Assembly: GCA_013265495.1 (NCBI GenBank)
Contig: MU058153.1
Location: 1,800,001-1,864,000, forward strand
Reading direction: 5' to 3'
DNA from: Vicugna vicugna
Taxonomy: Eukaryota
Length of the DNA: 64,000 nucleotides
The notes beneath the pieces are model-generated. The model searched no databases, had not been told where the DNA came from, and worked only from the letters and a program-made list of their open reading frames with translations. This document shows positions 26,320 to 38,607 of this stretch, piece by piece. The first letter of the stretch is position 1. The number at the start of each line of letters is the position of its first letter. The translations under genes were made by a program, and so were the position numbers.

Positions 26320-26980
26320 GAGCCTTTCCAATCAGTTCAGAAAGAGTAAAATGTCCAATTACATGATGTTAGGACATGGAAAAGTTAAATTTATTTCCTT
26401 ACTTCACACTAACAATAAAATTAATTCCAGTTGAATTAAAAAAATGTAAACCAAAACTACTGTTTTGAATTATTAGATAAAAAAACCCAGAGAATCACTG
26501 TATCATCTTGGTTAAACAAGATACTTTCTTAAAACCACAAAAACAAAAACTATCAAACAGATTCACAAATAACGTCAAAATTTTAAGTATACCGAATAAC
26601 AAAAGCTGGAATAAACAAAGTTAAATGAGACAGTAGCCTGGGAGAAATTGATTACAACATATATAACTAATAACGAAATTATACCCAGAATATATAAAGG
26701 TCACCTACCATTAAATACAAAGCAAACAAATGAAAACTGTCATTTAGAAAAATATGCAAAACCAATAGGCAGAAGGAGCCACAGAAAAAAAGACATAATT
26801 GCCTTATAAATATGTAAAATAATGTCTAATATTTTTAACCAAAATTCGAAAAGTAGTAATAGTGACTTTTTTATCAGTATTGGCAAAAGTCAAAATATTT
26901 TATGCTATCGAAGTTCAGCAAAGTCATGAGGAAATTGGCACAATTATTTACTGCTGGGCGGTATGACTTGGTTTAGCTCA
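26320..26980 (+). mobile_element. Old L1ME ORF2 3' fragment
   Basis: 'acttcacactaacaataaaattaattccagttgaattaaa', 'cctgggagaaat...acaacatatataactaa...atacccagaatatataaag'. Confidence 0.65.
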
Positions 26981-27129
26981 TGGTAAGTCAGGCAGCAGAG
27001 TGAACACGGTTCATATTCATGGCTACCGATCAAGCCTGACTAGGTTTTTCCCCATTGAGAGGTATTTCAACACTGTGTTTCTTAAAATAGATCTAACACA
27101 GAAGTCAGAGCTCAAACACAGGCCCCCTT

Positions 27130-27444
27130 TCAGTGGAAATCATGGCAGCCTGGACAGACGCAAGGGAGACGCATGGAGACGATCACAGGCAGGAGTGGCA
27201 TCAGTAGGGGTCCCGCTAATGCTCAAGGAGGCAGATGCAGTGGCTGTGAGGCCTGTAGAAACCAGCTCTGCAGTGCAGGCTGGGACATTGGTCCTTGAAG
27301 CATAGACTTGATTCAGGAAGAAGATTTTCCAGGCCTTCCAATCACTTTGTGAACCTCCCAATAGCCTTTTAAAAATACTTCTTTCTGCTCAACCAGCCAG
27401 AGTCGGCTTCCACTGGGTTTAGCCAAAAACATTCATTGATAGCA
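27130..27444 (+). mobile_element. ERVL LTR33/LTR16-like 3' part
   Basis: Terminal motif 'aaatacttctttctgctcaaccagccagagtcggcttcc...agccaaaaacattcattgatagca'. Confidence 0.5.
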
Positions 27445-27451
27445 ATTTTAT

Positions 27452-27555
27452 GGAAAAGGAAAGAAAGGAAAGGAAAGGAAAGGAAAAGGGAAGGAAAGGG
27501 AAAGGGAAGGAAAAGGTAAGGAAAAAGAAAGGGAGGAAGGAAGGGGGAGAAAAAG
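27452..27555. repeat. Polypurine (GGAAA/GGAA)n low-complexity tract
   Basis: About 104 nt of A/G with a single T. Confidence 0.95.
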
Positions 27556-27962
27556 TTGTCCCACCTTATAATAACAAAACATACCACAGCACACAGCTTG
27601 AGACATTCTGACCATAGGTACACTGTGCAGTAATAATAATAATAATAATAAAATGAGAAACATATATATTCCCATGAATTGGGAAATGGATAATAAGATA
27701 TAGTATAGTCACACAACTTAATCTGTATTTATAAAAAACAAATTTACATAAAACATATCCCCTATAAAAACACAGCTTTCATGTCTTTTATTTTTACATA
27801 ACTATCTGTATATCTACACCATTTTCAATCCAATAGGAGGCAGGGAGGTAGAGGTAGAGGGAGGTAGAGGAGAAACCAAAAGTGGAAAATGAGAAATTGA
27901 AACTCCAGTGTCGTTTATCATGTATCACATTTTTGTACCAGTCTCAAAATATCAATAACCAA

Positions 27963-28535
27963 TGTTATGGTTGGATCTGCCCTTGTGATTCTCTTCTGAT
28001 CGCATGAAACTCTTCCACAATAATCATCAGGAAATTTTGAAAAAGTAAAGACTTATTACTTACAAGACCTGGAAATCACACAGCACACCTGAGGCCACAT
28101 GGCCAGCCAGGTCACTGGTAAAGGGAGAGGACCAGGACCTGGGCTTCTGCTTTTATTAGGACTGAGGATGGGGGCCCTAGAGTTTTGTGGGCTCACTCTT
28201 TACTGGTGAATTTAAAACAGAGGAGCAGAAATTTAAAGCACAGGAAGAGATTTAAAAAAAAAAAAAGGGAGGGGGGGGAAACTAAGTGATCATTTATTGA
28301 AATCAACCAATCAGCCAAGACCTCTAAAACAAAGGAGCTCTCAGTTGGGGAGGTGGCGGGTGGCCTGGCTCCTTACCTGGTCTTGTGGCTGGCAATGTGT
28401 TTATTCCAGATAGCAGTCTTTGAAAGGAATGCCCCTTTGAAATGGATGCCTCTGCTGTCACAGCTGAAGTCACACACTTGCTTCTACAAAAAAACAAAAA
28501 GGGGAAAAAAAAAAAAAGTCAGGGCTTACACTACA
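27963..28535 (-). mobile_element. ERVL-class solo LTR (MER74/MER73/MER54-like)
   Basis: TG...CA termini ('tgttatggttggatc' ... 'agggcttacactaca'), antisense TATA-like 'gcttttattagg', and possible degraded 5-bp TSD accaa/atcac. Confidence 0.6.
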
Positions 28536-29212
28536 ATCACTCAAAGGAAAATGTATTCCCATCTTTCTAATAAATTAAAAATAAATTTAAACACCAGTGT
28601 CTCTGAAATTCTTCAAAGAAGTATAAATGAAAAATAAACAGACTTTATTATAAATGAGTACACATAAATCAATAAATTAAATTTCCAGTATTGATACTTT
28701 AATTGAAGTACGATGATGAGATATGATTAAATGGAAATGTTTTTTGCTAGATTCAAGACCTTCCAAGACCAACATTCACGCTGACAGGAACTTTTGAAAG
28801 ATGTTTGAAAGATGATTTATACGGTCTCAAAAGGCAGAGTGGTACCTAGTTCTTATTTCAAAATGTACGATGTGTACCCACAAATGAGATTCGAAGTTGA
28901 AAGATCTTTTGTATCTAGAACAGCATCTCCTTTGCAAAGTGCATTTCTTTTAGAATCAAGATTAAGAAATACTACTATGTAAGGATGAGGTTTTTTCGGT
29001 TTTCCCCTATCCCCCGAAGATGTCAGTTTCTGCAAGAGTCAAATCAGGAGTTAAATTTACTTTTTAAAATGAGGTTTTCGAATTATAAAGCAGATTATAA
29101 CCATGCCCCAGAGCCATCTTCTTTTTATTGCATTACCCTTACATAGAAGCCATCGTGATTCTGATGGCAGAGATTAGCTTGAGTAGGTGGTACTGAGTTA
29201 ATTCATATCCCG

Positions 29213-29227
29213 GTTGCCCTAGGAGAC
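29213..29227. promoter_or_regulatory. RFX X-box-like site with 3-nt spacer
   Basis: GTTGCC-CTA-GGAGAC. Confidence 0.3.
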
Positions 29228-30413
29228 CTAAATTTAAGCTGCCTATTCTTTTTCAGGGCAAGAAATAAAAACGAGTCGAGTGCCATATTCCTGGTGCTGT
29301 GCATTTCAAAACCTAGGCTTTGTCTCATTTCTTCTCATAGAGCTACCATTTATTTGCATTTTCTTCACAAGAGAGGTTTTACACTGCCAGCTTGGTTTGA
29401 ACATCAGGAAAACCAAAAAGAGGTTGTTGAACATACAGCTTTAGAGTTTAGGCACTAGGCAAAATGAATGGATCCGTGAATAAGTTGAATGGTGATTTTG
29501 CTCATTCATTCACTCGTAAATCATTCAAAGGCAGCACGTTTAAAAAAAATCACCAAGTGGGTTAAAATCATAGTTAGAGACTGCTCACCACGGTAGTAAA
29601 TGTGGGAGCTGTGCCTGCATCTCAGTGACCCTGCATTTGAGAAACATCTGCTGAGTGATTTCTCTGAGCCATTATGCCAGGCCCTGAGTGTACAAAGATA
29701 AAGACATCAATGTCACTATTTCCAATGAGGATTTGCAGTCTGGGTGATCAGATGTATACACTGATTTTTTTCAAAAAAATTCAGAGCAAAGTGAGATGTG
29801 TCTTGGTATATTCCATAATTCCTCTAATGGCACTCTGCCTATATATATATATTATATATATATATATCAATAATATATATATATTAAAAATTATATATAA
29901 AAAATACTTACCAAATATTTATCGAGTGAATTGATAGTTACAGCCAAAGTTCATTACAAACACCAAAGCATTCGTTACAGGACGTCCTTCTTTCCCAACC
30001 TCTTTGACTTGAGGAAACTAACGGATACGGAAGCAGGTCTATGGTTTTATTATCCCATTCACTGTTGTAATAGGATTGAAGGGTTCACGCTAGCTGCTAC
30101 CCGTATCAGCACTGATTAAAATCAACACACCCTTTGTGCCTAAAGTATTCCCTGTGGCTACCCAAAGGGAAATCTCCCCTGCTCTTCTGCAGCCTTTGAT
30201 TAAGAAAAAGAAAGGGACAAGAAGCATAGTCAAAAGCTGCCTGACCTTTTTGTACAGAGCTGTTGTCAAGACTGCTAGCATTTGGCGCTCGTATGATCAG
30301 AAATTGCAGCAGTGCTGCATAAAATAGAGTCAAATGACGGCTCTGCATGTAAAACAAGGCTCTGAGTGTCTCTTCCTGCACCCTCCTCTGAAAGCCTTCT
30401 CCCAGTGCTTGCT

Positions 30414-30427
30414 GTCTCCATGGTAAC
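30414..30427. promoter_or_regulatory. RFX X-box
   Basis: GTCTCCATGGTAAC fits GTHNYY-AT-RRNAAC and lies in repeat-free sequence. Confidence 0.45.
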
Positions 30428-30895
30428 AGCATCACTGGGATTCTGTTGAAGTGTGTTTTGAAAGCTGTCTTTACCTGAGAAGTTTGCATATGACACAGCT
30501 GTCCATAATTCTGGCTGTCTTGGATTATTTTTCTATCAAAAAAGGTAAAGAATAGCATTTGCTTATGAATGATCAGGAACCTGTTTTTTTTTTTTAATTT
30601 TTGTGTAGTATTCCAAATAATTATGATGCCAAAGTGTCATGAGGCTACTTAAGTGTTACATGTACAGTTTTAATAAATTAATAAATAAATAAAACTAAGC
30701 TTGGCCAAAGCATTTGAATTATGCTTCCAGGCTGCAGAAAACATCCACGGCAAGGCACGATCAAGAACCAGGAGGCGTGAGTTTTTGTGCAGGTGCTGCT
30801 GCAGACTAGTTGTAATCTCGGTCATGTCAAGTCTGCCAGGACTCAGTTTTCTCATCTAGAAAGTAAGGCTAAAGGAGATGAGGTCAAAACCATCT

Positions 30896-31412
30896 TGTAA
30901 CCATCATAGACCAGTTCAGCCTGGCCCTATCATATCAATAATAGAACGTCAAACTTATCTTGCAGGGGCAATGAATCAAAACTTCAAGTCATGGAAAAGG
31001 AGCGTGTGCAGAAGAGGAAATTTTGACTTAGAGATAATGCTGGAACCAAAGTTTCTCCTTCTAACAAAACCAGAGGACCAGGACATGGCTGGAACTCAAA
31101 GGCCAGAACTTTTGAAGAACAGGTTCTGTGATCCAGGAAGATCCAGTGTAAAAGCCCGTTTTCATACCTTACCGTAAATGGTCTTGTTTAAGGTCCCTCC
31201 AATCAAAATCTGTCCTGCCAGCACTTCCACATACCAGCTGGTCCTCCCCTAACTCATAAATTTTGACTGAACCCCAGATCAGGGAGACAAATTTGAGCAT
31301 GCCCCCTGCCTGCTTGCTGGTGGACTTTGCAATCAAGCTTTCTTTTGTCAAAAGCCTGTGCCAGCCATAGTATTGGCTTCTTTATCAGGCAGCAAGCCCT
31401 TGCTCGGTAACA
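30896..31412 (+). mobile_element. ERV1 solo LTR (MER67/MER31-like) inserted into a MIR
   Basis: TG...CA termini ('tgtaaccatc' ... 'gcccttgctcggtaaca') and 'cagggagacaaatttgagc...gactttgcaatcaagc'. MIR core 'ctcagttttctcatctagaaa' lies just upstream and the MIR tail just downstream. Confidence 0.7.
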
Positions 31413-31670
31413 CTTTCTTTAACACTCCCTTATTCTCTCTGTAAGTCAAAGAGGACTGGTGTTAATGAATGATTGATTCCATTGTCCCATTTTCCACTGA
31501 TGATCATCTAATGCCCAATATTTTTTGTCTATAATCATATTACCAGTTTTAATCAATGTTCTGTCTCTAATATTTTGTCGAGATCCTTGAAGAACACTGA
31601 GTCTGGCAACAGCATCATTGTGCATTTAATTTTTTATGTAAGTTCATAGAAAAGTCAATAAAGTGTAGAT

Positions 31671-31860
31671 CTGTGCTGTCCAATTCTCCAGCCTCTGGCC
31701 ACATGTGGCTATTCAAAATGGAACTGAGGTTAATTGGAATTAAATTAAGTTAAAATTTATGTCCTTAATTGCACTAGCCACAAGTGGCTAAAAGCGACCA
31801 TAGTGAACATCACAAATACAGAATATTTCCATCACTGTAGATTCCATCGGACTTAGCGCA
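31671..31860 (-). mobile_element. MER3 (hAT-Charlie MITE)
   Basis: 'ctgtgctgtccaat...gccacatgtggctatt...gcactagccacaagtggcta...agaatatttccatcactgtag'. Confidence 0.8.
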
Positions 31861-32225
31861 ATTCTCATTTTTAACACAGGAGTGCCTTTCTCAGTCTTAA
31901 GCAAATAGAAGACAACAGCCTTGTGCCTGAGACTTCTGTCCTGTTTATGAACTACTAAAAATGTGACTTTGGGGGAACAAACTAGTATTTGCAAGGTGAC
32001 ATTCTAATAGTGAGTAGAGTACCTAACATAATATCTGAAAAAGTGTTCACTAAATGAATAACCCAATGAATTGATTAGTTCATTCAAAGCCGCATTTGGT
32101 AATTTTTTATCAAGTCTGAGAAAAACAACTGTAAGAAAAATAATTAGCTCTTTTAGTAGCAGCTGTTGAGAGAATTTTCCCAGTGAAATAAAACCAATGT
32201 CTAATATGGTTTTAATAAATTTGGA

Positions 32226-32415
32226 ACCATGGTCATAAACTCAAGTGCCTACATGTTCAGGAAGGTATGAATTTAAGGGACTGGATGTAAGAAACTTTAA
32301 GGATGAGCAAGCCTGTGCTAAACTGAGGAAAAACATTCTACTCGTTTCATGAAAAAGAAGCTAAAAACCTAAATATTTATGTGGAATTTCTTAAGTTTAA
32401 AATGTTGGCAAATAA
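32226..32415 (+). mobile_element. MER103-like hAT fragment
   Basis: 'catggtcataaactcaagtgcctaca...gtggaatttcttaagtttaaaatgttggcaa'. Confidence 0.5.
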
Positions 32416-32424
32416 TTATATTGC

Positions 32425-32441
32425 TATATCATCTATCTATC

Positions 32442-32476
<35 letters not shown>

Positions 32477-32484
32477 ATCTATCT
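32425..32484. repeat. (TCTA)n tetranucleotide microsatellite
   Basis: TCTA units with TCA interruptions. Confidence 0.95.
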
Positions 32485-33154
32485 AACGAACTTGACTTGG
32501 TGTACACAGTACTATTCTGGGGTAAACAGTAGTTCAAGTAATTTTTTTAAGTTTTCTAAATCATGAAATTACAGCTTTAAGAAGTTATGGAAAGTCCGAA
32601 TTTTCATAAATAAAAGGTGACAATGTCAAGACGTAAACTTTAATGTCAATTTCTGTTTGCTTTTTCTTGAAAGAGCTTATGGTAAAGGCAACAACAACAA
32701 AAAAAAATGTCCTGCCAAAGGGATTTGGATTCAAGAGTTACTAAAATTGGAACTAATAGGAAGATGTGCCAGCTACTTATTTCTGCATAACAAACTACCC
32801 CAAACTTACTACACTAAATTTTAGAAAATACAATCTACTAAAAGGCTTTTTAAAAATCTTGACATAAAAAAGCATTTATTTTTTTAATTCATATATTCAT
32901 TCCTTATTTATATTCATCAAATATTTATTAAATTTCTACCATGATCCAGGTACCATATTAGCTCCACAGAAGACTAAGACACAACTTAGATGCTTATTTA
33001 ATGAAATAAGAGCAACAGGTTTTCCAAGACATATTGTAGAGGAAAGGTTATGTGCAAAAGACATGGCAGGTGATGAAATTACGTCCGCTTTTCTAATTTA
33101 TTATTATTTCTTAAAATTTGGGGGACTAAAGAGGTTTAATTAATTTCCTCACAG

Positions 33155-33587
33155 GACGTCGTATGCAGTTGCAGTCATAAAAAGGCTAGTGTTGCTGTCT
33201 TCCTGCAGGTTTTCTTACTCAGATGTCTGACGGTCCATGGTGGTGGTTCTCTGGGACCTACGTGGGAGTGTTGAGCTGAACATTGACGTATGATCCTTCT
33301 AAGCAGCTTGAGCTTCCTCACAACATGGTGGCTGGATTCCAAGGATGAGTATTCCAAGAGAAAGGGGCAGGTAGGTACTGTAACTCCTTTTACGACATGA
33401 CTTCAGAAGTCACATGTATTATATTCACCATAATCTATTAGACAAGGCAGTCGTAAAGACCTGCCATTGTCCAAGGAGAAGGTGCCCAGGCCCTGCCTCT
33501 TGTGAGGGGCTTGGCCTGGTCATAGAAGAGCATGTGGGACTGGAAATACTATTGCAGTTGTTTTATTGAAAAACACAATCTTCCACA
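33155..33587 (-). mobile_element. MLT1H-like LTR
   Basis: 'gcttgagcttcctcacaacatggtggctggattccaagg...cttcagaagtcaca...gaagagcatgtgggactggaaatact...aaaacacaatcttccaca'. A further LTR terminus lies at 32765-32810. Confidence 0.8.
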
Positions 33588-34114
33588 GAGACTTACATGT
33601 TTCTTCTTTAATCTTTCTTTAACGAAGCATTCATTTTGTTCAGTCATTTATTCACTCACTATTTTTCAACACTATTTACTGAATTTCTACATGTTCCAGA
33701 TACTATGTTAAGATTCTAGAAGGAAAAGACACAATCTCCAACTTAGAAGCTGATCTAAGAAAATAATGGTAACGTGTGTTCCAAGTTCTATTGGAAAGAC
33801 AAGAATAACACCCAGAGGAAACACAGAAGGGGATGTAAACATGCCAACCTGTCTCAAGTTAGAGGTCAGAGCTTCCTCCTACTGTTATGCTTGTGTTTCT
33901 CCAACACACACAGATCGAATACTACCCCTCCACTGGTTTCGTCCACATACAGTACTGTTCACTGAACGTTCACCAACTCTTCATAAAGGGTTTCAGCTTC
34001 TATTTTTTTTAACTCTTTGCATTCAAATTTTAGTAATTTTGTAATATTAGAAAAATTCTATTTTTATATTGGAAGCTTTATTCTGGGTTGTACTCTCTTC
34101 TTTTTAAAATTGTG

Positions 34115-34745
34115 CTTTTTAAAAAGATTTGATTGTTTTTTAAAAGAGCAGCTTCAGGTTCACGGCAAAACTGAGGGGAAATTCCAAAGATTTCCTGATT
34201 CTCCCTGCCCCCCACATAAGTAGCCTCCCCCTTCATCAATATCTCTTACCAGAATGGCACATTGGTTTTTTGTTTGTTTGTTTTTCTTTTTATTTGTTTG
34301 TTTTGCTTGTTTACAAGGATGAAATGAATGTACATTAACAAATTAGAATTTCCCATAGTCCATAATTTTCCTTATGGCTCATTCTGGTGTTGCACATTCT
34401 ACGGGCTTGACTAAATATCTAACCATTATTGTAATAATCTACAGAGTATTTTCACTGCTCTGAAAAAATCAGTGTTCTGTCTATCCTTCCTACCTCCCCT
34501 GCTCCTGATCTTTTCATTGTCTTCATAGTTTTGCCTTTTTAGAATGTCATAGAGTTGCAATCATACACAAGGTGGCCTTTTCAGGGCTTCTTTCACGTAG
34601 TAATATGCATTTAAAGTCCCTCTGAGTCTCTTAATGGCTTGATAGCTCTGTTTTTTGTTTGTTTGTTTGTTTTTGTTTGTTTGCTTTTTCCAGTGCTGAC
34701 TACTAGCTCATCTGGTTGTACCGCAGTTTATGTATCCATTCATAC
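34115..34745 (-). mobile_element. L1MC-type 3' end
   Basis: 'gagcagcttcaggttcacggcaaaactgagggg...agcctccccc...tagttttgccttttt-agaatgtcat...tagtaatatgcatttaaag'. Confidence 0.8.
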
Positions 34746-35364
34746 CTTCCACACACGGAGCTTTTCAACACCCCCTTACAATCCCCGAATTGCCAACATT
34801 CAAGAAAGCAAAGAGTTTTGACTGCATGCTATTACTTTTCAGTAGAAGATTTAATATCTGCAATTTTCTCTTTTTCTGCCTAAGAAAAGTTTGGCTAGGG
34901 ATACAACTGTAGGACAAATAGTGTGATAATATTATGTTGACACACAATATTTGGAGGCCAATGAAGGCTTGCTTAGTTTGAATATCTTTGTACAGCCCAG
35001 CTGCTGGCTGTTTCTGGAAAGGGAACTTTCCCAGTAACAGGCCTCCTTTAAGAGCTGAGCCTCAGAGACAAGCTGAATCAAGAGATGTGACATTAAAGAT
35101 TGTGTACACACAATATAGGACACGATGCAGAACAAAGGAATGGGAGCAGAATGTGGAATTGTTGAGTGACCTGCAAACTCAGCCCGCATATAAATACTGC
35201 AAGTGTTCCCTTTCTAGCTATTTTTAGGATGTAGTTGAGAATGAAAGTTATGTATATGTTACTTTACATTTCCTGCAAAGTGCATTTACCCACCACAAAG
35301 CGAACTCAGTCGACTTAAGGGATAGTTTCTCTAGACCGTGGAAAACTGTGACGAGCCTGCTTGA

Positions 35365-35615
35365 CGTGGTGACTGAACTGAAGGGCTTTGGAGTCAGTCA
35401 GAATCGGGTGTCAATCTCAGCTTTGCTGTTTTCTCACTCAGTGCCCTTTCGCCAGTTAATTATGTTCTCCTTTCTCAGTTTGCTCATTTGTAAAATGGTA
35501 AGCACCGTGGTGTTGACCTCTCACAAGACTGCTGTGAGAATTACATGAGTTAAGGGCTTAGAATAAAGCCTTATATCTGAGAAGGACTTGATAAGTCTTG
35601 ATCATTTGTTATTGC
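35365..35615 (+). mobile_element. MIR SINE, near full length
   Basis: 'gggctttggagtcagtcag...tctcagtttgctcatttgtaaaatgg...gctgtgagaattacatgag'. Confidence 0.75.
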
Positions 35616-38583
35616 TCGCAACCACGGATGGCTTACTCCATTCTTCGATGAGGTATAAGATTTCATCCTTACAAGAAGGAATTGCTCTTAATCAGCCTCC
35701 AAGTTTGCACTGGACCCCCTAGTATGTGCAAAGGTTTGGAAATAGCTAGTAATTATCCTGTAGGGCAGTGTCAGATAAATGGTCAGCTTCTCTCTTTTTA
35801 AAACCACCCAGACTGTTGTCTGCTAACTTCACAACCTATAAGCTATGTGTTAGCCAGGTCCTGTCTCCTAGTAAGCCCAATGTTCCCTGCAGATACATGT
35901 GACGTTAAAGCTGACATAGCAAGAAACAGACACTACTAGTTCTGCCAGTATGTGCTATGATATTAATTTCTTTTCTGCACCTTTTTCTGCCTTTTCCAGG
36001 GCCACTGTCCCTATCAACTGATCATCTTGGCCTTTTGTAAAACCTGCCCTTCTCCTCACTTCATTCCTTAATATAGTCTTCTTTCTCTGGTGTCTGAAAC
36101 ACAGTCTGAAACTGAAATCCAGTAAATGTGGATTGAATTAAATTGAATCAGAAGTCTTTATTTCACAGGTTTATATATACTTAAATTATAGTCTCCATTT
36201 GAAAATATTTAGGGTAATTTTTTGTTAATGAACAAGTAGGAACTTTTTAATCCCCTGGTGTCTTTAGATGCCACAACAAATAATAAATAAGTAAAAGGTT
36301 GAGAGAAAGAGAGGAATGGACAATGCAAGGGAAATGCCATAGCCTTAAGCCGGTAACCTTGAAGGACACCTGCCAAATACTGTAATGCCTGTGACAAGGG
36401 AGCATGCTGAGAGCTTGCACACGGCACCTCAGATGGCCGGCAACATACAGATTCCTGCAAAGTGTCACTGTCCTGAAAGGCATGTTCAGTGATGCTTTCA
36501 TTAGGAGCAGGGAATCTAATGCTGTGGAGAAGCCACTATGAAGGTGGGGAATGTCCCTATAGAGACACAGTTCAATACCACAGAATGTCAAATGAAAGGT
36601 GAGATGACAGAGAAAACGTGCAAACATGATCTTTCTATTGTCTATGGCCAAACGTTCTAGCTGAGAGGTACAAGAGGAGTTAAAGTAAGGTGGTGAAGGA
36701 TGAGGGGGCTATAAGCATTGCACTGAAATCCATAGATTCTGAAACATGAAAGGCTTTCTATAATGGCACTGAACTCTTGAACAGGGGACATCTGCTGTCT
36801 TCCCCAGGGTGAAGGAAGTAACATATTGGATGAGACAACAAATTCCAAGTAACAATTTCTCACTCAGGCTTGCCGCTCCCTGTGTTACTCCTTGGAAGGC
36901 AGCTGGTCCTTTGCAAGAGTATGAACAAATACGTAAGGAACCAGCATGAGCCCCATGAATAAAACCAAATCTGCATGATAAAATCTGGAAAAAAAAATAA
37001 GCATTTTTAACAGAGAAAAAGCACAAGCAAAAAATGAGTGAAAAACACCTATCCCATAATATTATTCATAGTCCCCAAAATTATAGACAATGTGTGCTAT
37101 GGTCAAGAAGAGCTAAGCAATTATAATAGGTTCTAAAAGAGAAGAGAAGACAGTGAAAGGAGATGCAGAGAGAAGCCGCAAAACTCAGGTAGCAATTGAA
37201 CATGTAAAAATATGTATATGATACATACAACCCAAAGACAACAGGCTACGTAAAAGTGAAATGAATAGTGACGTACAAGTGATACCATGAGGAGGATGCT
37301 ACTTGGGGAAGAAGGAGATTTCCCATCCACATAACCATTGTTACTAAGAAAGAGAATATAATAAAGGTGAAAGAGAAAAACTGTTAAACATAAAATAAAG
37401 CTCTTCTAACATAAAGATCTCTATATTAAGTTAAAAATGGCAATTGTGCTCTAGGAGAAATTGGTAGAAGCAATCGCATTAAGATATATCTTACAAAATT
37501 AATAAAATTTGAAGGAAAAATATCATTTAAATATGCCTGGAAAAAAAATACTTTTATAAGTTATTTTGGATTGTTGGCATGGATTCAGGTGTTCCTCATG
37601 TTTCTCTGAAGCCAGAACATAAAATAATAGATGGAATTTGAAAGGAGAGAGAGTGTGATTCAAGGGTTTTAAATGCAGCCCATTTGGCCTTAAACTTGAA
37701 GGGCAATAAAAAAATACTTTCAAGTTTGTGAGATCTTGGGGACTCACACACCCATATGTTTGTCTTCTGAAAAACTACCTGGTGATAAAATGTAGCCAAG
37801 GCTGAAAATATGTTAAAAATAATGAGATTAGAAAATGGGAATTGTGGTGAAGAGCCAGAGAAACACACTGAAGTGATTTATATACCAAATTTAACAACTT
37901 TTCGAACCAGGTTTGTGTAATAAACTGTGATAATGATATAGTCAATACAAAATGACATAATAAAATGTAACAGATCAATAGGAGGAATATGGATGTCATC
38001 TTTCAATAGTACAGAGTCAACAGACACTATCAAGTTATACTATAAGGTGTCCAGTCTCGTAAAGAAGTCAAGATATTTTTCCTTATCTTTGGCGGAATCA
38101 TCTAAAAAAATGATATGCCTTCTTTTGAAGAAAGACTTTTCTGGAGCTCAGTAGGATATACATATCTTCTGTTCCATTTGGTTTCTTTGCATTTGGTTAA
38201 ACTTAAGTAAAACTAAGCCGCAAATACTACTTAAAATATTTATTTTTTTATTTATATCTATATCTTTATTTATATGTATCTTTGTACCTTTTTGTGTGTG
38301 TATATAGCCATTGTTCAAATGTCCGCAATGGTTATTAATGGTGGGATTTCGTAAATTTTCATTTTTATGTTTGTATGCACGACTTGATTTTTTTTAAATG
38401 GGTATACAAAATTCATTACTCCCTAAAAATTATTAAAAAAAATAACATTTATCTCAAAACAAATCCATTTTTAAGGATGTCTTCAGAAACCAGAGAAGAC
38501 ATTCCAGTCAAGGGTCCAAGCTTAATTTCATTTGTAAGCATAAGCTGACCACAGCTCTTCAGAAACCCTCATCCTGATGTGAA

Positions 38584-38607
38584 GTGTGTGTGTGTGTGTG
38601 TGTGTGT
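38584..38607. repeat. (GT)n microsatellite
   Basis: Perfect GT run. Confidence 0.95.

Noticed and set aside
30106..30558. 150-aa minus-strand ORF
   Set aside because: No recognisable protein similarity or exon boundaries; more likely chance within a regulatory-type block.
36209..37026. Cluster of 68-134 aa minus ORFs in unique sequence
   Set aside because: No domain similarity, mostly non-ATG starts, and no coherent exon chain.
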